A stretch of 64,000 nt of DNA from a virus. The position numbers and the translations under genes were made by a program. The DNA lies in IMG/VR virus record IMGVR_UViG_3300042883_000668, positions 21,962-85,961 of that record; one strand, given 5' to 3'. The notes beneath the pieces were generated by a model, which did not search any database, was not told where the DNA came from, and saw nothing but the letters and a program-made list of their open reading frames with translations. Below are positions 57,701-64,000 of the stretch, one piece after another; positions within the stretch are counted from its first letter, which is position 1; every line of letters starts with the position of its first letter.

Positions 57701-57934
57701 AGTAGAATTACCTGCTTTTTGTAAAGCATAATATCCTTGATCAGTAAGTTGATCAGTAGCTCCCATAGTAACTGTATCTAACAATCCTTCTCCTACACCA
57801 TAAGCTGCAGTACCTGCTTGTTTTCCAACTTTCTTCATTTTTTTCTTATCATCCGCATCTGGAGTAAAGATAGTTTTTTCAAATCCTCCAAATTTATATT
57901 TAGGAGTATAAGGTATTTTTTTAGATTTCTTCAT
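54734..57934 (-). CDS. Gly/Met/Gln-rich virion (ejection) protein with repeated [YFM]xxGG motifs
   Basis: Gly-rich amphipathic N-terminal part; start re-assigned to MKKSKK because a promoter lies at 57964-57995. Confidence 0.65.
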   Translation of the reverse strand: MKKSKKIPYTPKYKFGGFEKTIFTPDADDKKKMKKVGKQAGTAAYGVGEGLLDTVTMGATDQLTDQGYYALQKAGNSTQDEMREQDSIRGFSNAAGAIGGAIINPGATGAAISQTGKGLGAGISKGNESKDWAQGAGMALNTAGQIGAMAYGQAGSPMTSGMQTQAGNFNASSFGQGLGKYNQYMNQGNMNGQMGGMLNSFMGGGSGGMGAGFMGNLPSGTPPLAMKYGGQMRFAMGGMNIQPNSEVEDNEMITSNTPPQVFANGGVELASNNPYGTPTYKTKGSTHDEVNPDGSTGIPIKMEQGSIVNGKTKVPSFMANKKGETFSEYMQKLTKDENSITKLKDNILKKAEKGDRYSKNSSDLLSLVFDKKLQGFAELKNKANDIQNAIIANKEQRKAINRGELPQPPMDNQQMQSQGMPEQLQGEMPMARYGGMMNYMAMGGVQLPFYNTDNAGNPMYAMGGGYPAMTNPYNNFKGSIPMYDDGGNMPEDPLTTASNGTTPVNGTLKVSDIPSYGKTGYDEASMKNKDTKFEVYNNPDYLIQNPNIDTGKWNDFQKFLSTYKLPTGENFVGNKAGNTKLANDYTNLAISDYNKGLSDKQRSVSLGDIEEVQKYYNQGDPNVPVDRILGSKTTQFRYPFFSSVSKTKAKENTFMPITYGGQQYVVDAKTYNEKILPVSEGTSNENVSKYFQKYDPKKHRNIDEKNVNLVNKVGGLEGGSGTFRIQKEAIPKFTYEVGKGTMKEQMDAYTKESGMSFKYGGQMPKYKLGDGNLPTNFNFERSRAFNQEQNQRNLAFNQMTGNKNPGYSNPNVSAMTDEGEGVVVPGVPVPKYETDYTNALGPDWYSKEESRKRENESMARIPDNSFTQMNPNSKNFDWGKLAMQGANFLGQNAGNIYDLTRKNEPLETYDLMTAKYLDPTQAIAGENYIGRQTRKAIPGLVGGNAGAAMNLLGANKAGTASRIGRLRETYDNANAQIANQTNQFNTGIKKDQAVARAANAAALENVRSQAIHKGGESFGKMTKSGRQDNMDQDTLKMFQWRYQNEPGFRKYIDNFSTQNNSGEAIV

Positions 57935-57963
57935 GGTATAACTAATTAAGTTATTGTTATTAT

Positions 57964-57995
57964 ATAATATAAGGTATTTAAATGGTATATGCAAA
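57964..57995 (-). promoter_or_regulatory. Bacteroidota-type promoter
   Basis: TTTG-N20-TATATTAT. Confidence 0.5.
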
Positions 57996-57996
57996 T

Positions 57997-58036
57997 AAAA
58001 ATCCCAGTATTTTAGAGAATCTAATAACTGGGATAA
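57997..58036 (-). terminator. intrinsic terminator after tail gene
   Basis: ATCCCAGT...ACTGGGAT hairpin followed by T-run on minus strand. Confidence 0.65.
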
Positions 58037-58063
58037 TTATAATAATTTTTTTAATTATATAGA

Positions 58064-61000
58064 TTATCTATCAGATATTCTGAATAATGTTTTAATATTG
58101 TGTATTACAAATCTAAGACCTAGTAAGTTATTGTAACTCAAGTCTATAGTCATCCACTTATCTCTCATTCTTTCTCCAAAAGTTGTTTTAGTTAACTTAG
58201 CAGGATCAAAGATAGATACTGTTGAAGGACTAGTTGTATCATAGTCAAATTTATTTCTAGGTACTTGTACATTAAATTGTTGTTCAACTTTTCTTAAGTT
58301 AGTTCCATAAGTTAAATCAACCCAATCAGTATTTTGATATTCATTATAAAATCTAACTTTGTCAAAAGTAGTATTTTTAATATTTACATTATCAGGATAA
58401 GCAGGTTGAGTAATTGAACCAGGATATAAATTTAAATCATCTGACCACTCAATGTTATCATTTACAGTTTCAGATAACCAAACTAAGTTATCAAATACTT
58501 TAGTATACAAAGGTTGTTCATTAACTATTAATTTTAATAAACTAGGGCTAGGTGCTTGATTATAAAATACTCCATAAGTTCCATAATTATGTAAATACAC
58601 TTTAGAATTATCTATATCATTATCTACTGACCATAAAAATCTATTATTGTTTATATAGATATTAGGACTAAATGAATACATTGATACAAATGCATCTTGA
58701 AACTCTGAATAAGAAATTGTAAGATTTTCATTACTTTTTAAATCTGGAAGTCCAAATTTACCAAAAGAATTATTTTTAAATGTATATAAAAATTCATTAT
58801 TTTGATAATCATAAGTTACAAGTAAACCTTTACCTATAATAGGATTATCATTATCTATTAATGCTTCATGTAATCTTTTGTATAAAAATCCTCTTTGTCC
58901 TTTTAAATCAGAAACAGGATTTACTGCTTCACCATTAAATAATAAAATTTTCTTTTGTCTAATGTCAATATAAGTAATTGCAGATTGAGATCTGTATACT
59001 GACCATTGATGTCTAGAACCAGAATCAATACTTTTGTAATAATGCTTTTGAATAGTAGTACCTATACCTAAACTTAATGGAAATCCTTGTGCATCTCCAG
59101 TTAATGCAGATACTGGATTAATCATTAACACACCAATACCTTTTTCTTGAATATAATACAAGTTTTGATTTAAAGCTATTAATGAAGTTATTCCACCATA
59201 GTTACCTTCTACATCATAGAATTGTGTAATAGGATATACTGACCAAGAATCTTCTACTTCATTATCAATTTTTACATTTGAGTAATAAACTCTACTTCTC
59301 CATTCATCATTAATTACAAAGTTAAATGGTTTAGGAAAAAATGTAGTTACATTCTTTTCATTAGAATTATAAGATTGATAACCAAATTCATCAAATTGAT
59401 TATAAGTATTAGATAATAAAAATTTATCAGCATGATATGTAAATCTAACTGCTTGATTGTTAGAATTTTTACAAGGAAAATAAAATACATTACCTATGTT
59501 AAATTTAACATTAGTTGTAGTACCACTAGGGCTTCCAGGATTACCTGAACCACTAGGAACCCATTGATATATTTTAATAGGTGTACCATTTTTACTTGTA
59601 TCATCAAAAAAATTAATATTTTTACTTACTTTTTGATGATCCCAATAATTAATATGTACATCACCACCATAACATTTAAAATTAATATTTTTATTGTTAA
59701 CTAATATTTGTTGATTTCTATTTAAAGGTACAAAACTACCACAAGCTATATATTCATTTGCACTTCTTGCAGAATAATTATTTCCACCATATTGTAAATT
59801 ATTAGGTCTATAATATAAACCCATTAATTTTTCACCATTATAAACCTGATAATCTCTTGGCCAAATTCCATTAGGATTTTCAAAAGTTAAAAGTGTTGTT
59901 TGAGAACCTATACCTGGAACTGAATCATCAGTATCACCATATGTAAATAAACTATTTTTAAAATTTAAACTACCTAAAACACCAGGAACATCTTGTGCAG
60001 GACTAACTATTTGTCCAGATTTAATTGGTTTATTAAAACCATAAGAAAGTGGATCTGGTAAAGGAACTTGATCTTCTACATAAAATAATAAATAAAAAGG
60101 CATTTCTTCAGAATCAAATCCTGTAGTATATCTACCTGTTCCACTATCAAATCCAGGAACATCATAACTAGGTTCTGTTGCTCTAGTAACAGTATTAGTT
60201 AACCATTGATTTAAATTATCAAATCCTAATCTATATCTAGGATTAGGTAATGCATTATGAGCATTTTCATAATTAATAGGTTTTACACTAGATCTAATTA
60301 ACATTTTATCTCCAGTTTTATAACTATAACTACCAGTCATAAAATCAAAACAATCATATGTTAAAATTAATTTAGATGCATCATCAAAATTAGCAAAACC
60401 AATATCTGGATTTAATGTTTCTAAACTTTGTTGTGCTGGATATGGGTGATAAGGTTTTCCTATAACTCCATAAGGAATAACAGGAAATATCCAAGGAAAA
60501 AAATCATCTTGTAAAAACATACCACCACCTAATACAGCATTTACTTTACTAGATTCTTCTACAAATGTATTAGTTAACATTCCTGTACCTAAGATAGTTT
60601 TATTTTCATCAGTTCTTTCAACTCTAACTATTTGATAACCACTTATGTATTCAGCAATAGCACTAACATCTACTGTAAATTTAATATATAATGTTTGTCC
60701 CCATATTCTACCTCCATGTAAAAATGAATTTCTAAAATCAACAATGTTTTCAAGAACTGATTGAGGACCTCTATTAATAGTATTTGAATCAGATGCAGTA
60801 GGCATTTTAATATCACCAATCCACTCTGTAAAATATGGAGCACCTTGTAAATCAAAAAATTGAATACCAAATCTATAAATTTCTTCATGTTGATAATCTT
60901 TCATTACTGAAGTAAAGTATGGATTTTTAGTTGTACCAACTCCTTCAATAGGATATACTTGATCATCTGAATCAGTAGAACCTAATATTAAATCTTGTGG

Positions 61001-62803
61001 TAAATTTGGAATAACACTATTTAAATCATTTACATTAATAGTTGAATTTGTACTATAACTTTGAGATGCTGATGTATTAGGATTCATTGTCCAAGTATAA
61101 TTAGAACCTGATCCTCCTTCACCTTGTGAACTAACTACATCACTTAATAATATATTTTCAGTACCAAACTCATATTCTATAAATGCACCTTTACCACCTA
61201 ATACTGAACTGTTAGGTTTATAATAACAAGCATTACTTCCTGGTTCACCTGCTGAGTCATAATATTCATTAATCATGTCATCAGTCTTAGGTGTTAATAT
61301 AGCATTTGTTAAAGTATATGGTGTTCCAACATTTTTAACATAAATATCATCATCACCTGAAGTCTTAGCTCTAAATGCTCTAGCATCAAATACCGTACTA
61401 ATTTCTTTTTGTTTAATGGATCTAACATTACCCCAAAATAAAATATTATCTTTAGTTTCAACAGTTTTAGCATGAGTAAATCCTGAAGATAAAGTTAAAA
61501 ATTCTTCTAATGATATTATATCCCAAGTATCTGGAATAGTATTTAATATAAATTCATTAATAATAGCTTCTTCAGGTGTAATATATATAACAGGTAAATC
61601 TGTTTTAGTTGCTCTATAAAGAATTATAAATTCTATTGAATCCCAAGCAGTATCTACATTATTAACTGTCCAAGTAATACTTCTGCCTGAATCAACTATT
61701 GTTGATTGTCCTTGATAATCATTAAATGCTGAATTTTCATCTCCTAAGAGATGAACCATGTTAGATGTTTGAGAATAGTTACTTACTTGTCCAGCAGTCT
61801 TTTTTAATCTATAAGCTAATTCATAAGTACCTTGATTTAATGAACCTGTACCAAATTCTTTTAACAAAGGTAACTCAAAAGTTACTCCAGGAAATACTGA
61901 AATTAATGCAGGATTTAATGCAAATAATTGTGGGTTAGTAACTTCTATAGTTCTAATACTATTATAAAAATCTGTCCAATATAATCTTTGTAAATTACCA
62001 CTTTCATATCTTCCTAATACAGCAGTAGGTGCAATAGGATGAAATTTTGTAAAGTCTAAATAGTTTGCATAGATTAAAGTTAATGTAGATACTCTAGTTA
62101 CATTATCAATAGATAATTTCCATATAGCACCAATGTCTGTAAAACTATCATTAGGTGGAACAACACTTGTATCTTCACAAGTAAATAGATAAATATCTTC
62201 ATCTATAAATTGTGAACCTATAATTATTAAATCTGAAACACCTTCAACATAAGGTGTGCTAGTATTACTAAATTCACCAAGTATACTTACAAATTGTAAA
62301 GTATATCTAATATCTATAACAGTTCTATTTATTACAATAATAGGACTTATTGCAACTCCTTGAGGACCACAATCTTGATAAACAGGTTGTTGATATACAA
62401 CTACATAATCATCAGCCCAAGATACTGCAAATGATTTTGTAACAGTAGTTATAGGGTTTGTTGTTTCATAACAGTTAACTAAATTTTTAAGAGCATTGTA
62501 GATAGTTAAACCTACTACACCACTAGCAATACTAATAGGTGCTGTAGTTTGTCCATTAATAGTTATAGTTACTGTATCATCATTTAAACCATTAAGGTTT
62601 GCAACTTGAATTTTATAAACATTGCACAACTTAGGTAATTGAATATTACATTCATTACCTTTGATATTAACTAAAGAACCATTTGATTCTCCTAGTGTAG
62701 TAACTCCTCTAAAGTTTAATGCTTGTAAATAAGAATCTTTGGAATGAAATATCTTAGAAAGATCTGAATTCATTCCACCTGAAAAGTTATTATTAGTTTC
62801 CAT
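58064..62803 (-). CDS. tail stabilization / muzzle protein (P22 gp10-like, crAss-type)
   Basis: 1579 aa beta-rich; N-terminal F.GGMNSD, EIYRFGIQF, C-terminal RMRDKW. Confidence 0.75.
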   Translation of the reverse strand: METNNNFSGGMNSDLSKIFHSKDSYLQALNFRGVTTLGESNGSLVNIKGNECNIQLPKLCNVYKIQVANLNGLNDDTVTITINGQTTAPISIASGVVGLTIYNALKNLVNCYETTNPITTVTKSFAVSWADDYVVVYQQPVYQDCGPQGVAISPIIVINRTVIDIRYTLQFVSILGEFSNTSTPYVEGVSDLIIIGSQFIDEDIYLFTCEDTSVVPPNDSFTDIGAIWKLSIDNVTRVSTLTLIYANYLDFTKFHPIAPTAVLGRYESGNLQRLYWTDFYNSIRTIEVTNPQLFALNPALISVFPGVTFELPLLKEFGTGSLNQGTYELAYRLKKTAGQVSNYSQTSNMVHLLGDENSAFNDYQGQSTIVDSGRSITWTVNNVDTAWDSIEFIILYRATKTDLPVIYITPEEAIINEFILNTIPDTWDIISLEEFLTLSSGFTHAKTVETKDNILFWGNVRSIKQKEISTVFDARAFRAKTSGDDDIYVKNVGTPYTLTNAILTPKTDDMINEYYDSAGEPGSNACYYKPNSSVLGGKGAFIEYEFGTENILLSDVVSSQGEGGSGSNYTWTMNPNTSASQSYSTNSTINVNDLNSVIPNLPQDLILGSTDSDDQVYPIEGVGTTKNPYFTSVMKDYQHEEIYRFGIQFFDLQGAPYFTEWIGDIKMPTASDSNTINRGPQSVLENIVDFRNSFLHGGRIWGQTLYIKFTVDVSAIAEYISGYQIVRVERTDENKTILGTGMLTNTFVEESSKVNAVLGGGMFLQDDFFPWIFPVIPYGVIGKPYHPYPAQQSLETLNPDIGFANFDDASKLILTYDCFDFMTGSYSYKTGDKMLIRSSVKPINYENAHNALPNPRYRLGFDNLNQWLTNTVTRATEPSYDVPGFDSGTGRYTTGFDSEEMPFYLLFYVEDQVPLPDPLSYGFNKPIKSGQIVSPAQDVPGVLGSLNFKNSLFTYGDTDDSVPGIGSQTTLLTFENPNGIWPRDYQVYNGEKLMGLYYRPNNLQYGGNNYSARSANEYIACGSFVPLNRNQQILVNNKNINFKCYGGDVHINYWDHQKVSKNINFFDDTSKNGTPIKIYQWVPSGSGNPGSPSGTTTNVKFNIGNVFYFPCKNSNNQAVRFTYHADKFLLSNTYNQFDEFGYQSYNSNEKNVTTFFPKPFNFVINDEWRSRVYYSNVKIDNEVEDSWSVYPITQFYDVEGNYGGITSLIALNQNLYYIQEKGIGVLMINPVSALTGDAQGFPLSLGIGTTIQKHYYKSIDSGSRHQWSVYRSQSAITYIDIRQKKILLFNGEAVNPVSDLKGQRGFLYKRLHEALIDNDNPIIGKGLLVTYDYQNNEFLYTFKNNSFGKFGLPDLKSNENLTISYSEFQDAFVSMYSFSPNIYINNNRFLWSVDNDIDNSKVYLHNYGTYGVFYNQAPSPSLLKLIVNEQPLYTKVFDNLVWLSETVNDNIEWSDDLNLYPGSITQPAYPDNVNIKNTTFDKVRFYNEYQNTDWVDLTYGTNLRKVEQQFNVQVPRNKFDYDTTSPSTVSIFDPAKLTKTTFGERMRDKWMTIDLSYNNLLGLRFVIHNIKTLFRISDR

Positions 62804-62804
62804 A

Positions 62805-63509
62805 TTATCTTAAGTTTCTTCTTTCTCTAGTTTCTAAATTTCTAAATCCTGTAGCATATTCATTTGGTTTAGGTATAAGTCTAACCCAAACATTTTTAAT
62901 TCTTTCCATCTGAGCAGCATTAGGCATGTAAGCTGCACCTCTTGCAGAATTAACATAAAAATACCAATCTTTTTCAGATAATCTAAATACTACTTCTGGA
63001 AGTAAACCTTTTCTAAATTGTATTCTATCTAACATGTGAGTAACATAAGCTTTTAAAGCTTTGTCAAAATATACTTCATCTGGAACTAAAGGATAACCTT
63101 CTTCATCTACAGGAATACCTAAGTATACCATACACAAATCTCCTGATTCTACAGATGTATTAATATAACCATCTTGTATATAAAAATTATAATCTGTACA
63201 ACAAGTAGGTATATCATTACAATCTGGACAATTATAATTATTTGCTGCAGATTTAGCTGACCAATACATTGGTCTATCTTTATGAGTAAGATCTTTTAAA
63301 TATGCAAAATCACAAGGTAGTTCTACTCTGTGATTAGCTACTGTAAGAACAGTTGATACTTCTTGAAGTTGAGGATAAGAACCTATCATGTTTAAAGCTT
63401 CACCTATCCACTCTACAGTATCTTGTTCATTGATCTCTGTATTTGTTCCTAAGTCCCTGTATAATCCTGCTATTATACTTTTTACTGATTTAAATCTAGT
63501 TATACTCAT
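62805..63509 (-). CDS. tail ring / tubular protein (crAss-type)
   Basis: WIGEAL..IG, LPCD, YLGIPVDEEGYPLVPD; position upstream of stabilization protein. Confidence 0.65.
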   Translation of the reverse strand: MSITRFKSVKSIIAGLYRDLGTNTEINEQDTVEWIGEALNMIGSYPQLQEVSTVLTVANHRVELPCDFAYLKDLTHKDRPMYWSAKSAANNYNCPDCNDIPTCCTDYNFYIQDGYINTSVESGDLCMVYLGIPVDEEGYPLVPDEVYFDKALKAYVTHMLDRIQFRKGLLPEVVFRLSEKDWYFYVNSARGAAYMPNAAQMERIKNVWVRLIPKPNEYATGFRNLETRERRNLR

Positions 63510-64000
63510 TATTGTTTTCTTGCTAATTGTTCATAATAATCAAATCCTGGATTCTTATTTAGATGTTCAGGTATAGATCTTGATGCTTCTCTACAAGGTG
63601 TAAACTTGTAAAACTTTTTACCTGTAAGTTTTAATTTAGTTTTATCCCACTTCCATTTATACCTAAATGGTTGATCATAGTAAATTAATACTCCTTGTTT
63701 TTTAGATTCACCATAATTAACTTTCCAGTTTTTTATTTTATCTATGTCAAAATTAACTTCATATTTAGTAATACCTAAGTATCCTAAATTGTAAGGCATT
63801 TTAAAAGAACCTGCTTCAGCAACTATCTTACGTTGTAATACTTTATTAAAAGCTCTTACTACTTTATAGTATATTGCATAATCTACAGGTATTCTTTTGT
63901 TGTTAAAAGATGCTCTACAATAATCTTTGTAGAAATCTTTAGTTGATAAGTCTTTAGTAAATTTTCCTTTAGTTCTTTTAGTTGCCTTAAATTCTATCAT
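63509..64000 (-). CDS. IHF/HU-like basic protein of the crAss-like tail module
   Basis: FKMPYNLGYLGI, KF.PCR motifs; ATG at the window edge so the start may lie further upstream. Confidence 0.5.
   Translation of the reverse strand: MIEFKATKRTKGKFTKDLSTKDFYKDYCRASFNNKRIPVDYAIYYKVVRAFNKVLQRKIVAEAGSFKMPYNLGYLGITKYEVNFDIDKIKNWKVNYGESKKQGVLIYYDQPFRYKWKWDKTKLKLTGKKFYKFTPCREASRSIPEHLNKNPGFDYYEQLARKQ

Noticed and set aside
57935-57994. N-terminal extension MHIPFKYL... of the 1086-aa ORF
   Set aside because: Overlaps a promoter; MKKSKK at 57934 is the more plausible start
35033-63576. Short nested ORFs (35033, 46770, 46954, 48401, 55838, 56530, 60670, 63388)
   Set aside because: Shadow or off-frame ORFs inside long virion genes
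1-64000. Stop-codon reassignment, known in some crAss-like phages
   Set aside because: Very long ORFs are intact in the standard code, coding density is high, and TAG/TGA end genes normally
1-64000. CRISPR array, diversity-generating retroelement, integrase or rRNA
   Set aside because: No regularly spaced repeats, reverse transcriptase, recombinase or rRNA-like sequence seen by eye

Overview
AT-rich segment of a crAss-like (Crassvirales-type) phage genome, probably infecting a Bacteroidota host, judged from repeated TTTG-N20-TAnnTTTG promoters and A-rich leaders without Shine-Dalgarno sites. There are three blocks. (1) 1-3147, minus strand: small genes plus a promoter-driven, ORF-free structured RNA candidate. 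(2) 3361-33854, plus strand: an early/replication module with PolB, MoxR-like AAA + vWA, a nucleotidyltransferase, split Prim-Pol/PriCT, SF2 and DnaB helicases, an AAA ATPase interrupted by a group I intron, primase, nucleases, a sigma-like protein, phosphatases, homing endonucleases and two aberrant tRNA-like elements. (3) 33910-64000, minus strand: a virion module with a 4407-aa RNA-polymerase-containing protein, other probable ejected proteins and tail proteins. The main observations are: a G_GGA_AAG slippery site plus H-type pseudoknot predicted to fuse two virion ORFs by -1 frameshifting; repeat-bounded cargo cassettes (P-loop kinase-like and phosphothreonine-lyase-like) inside the giant RNAP protein; cysteines confined to facing termini of three adjacent virion proteins; and two tRNA mimics with 6-nt anticodon loops. 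All family assignments come from motif recognition by eye. No database searches were run.
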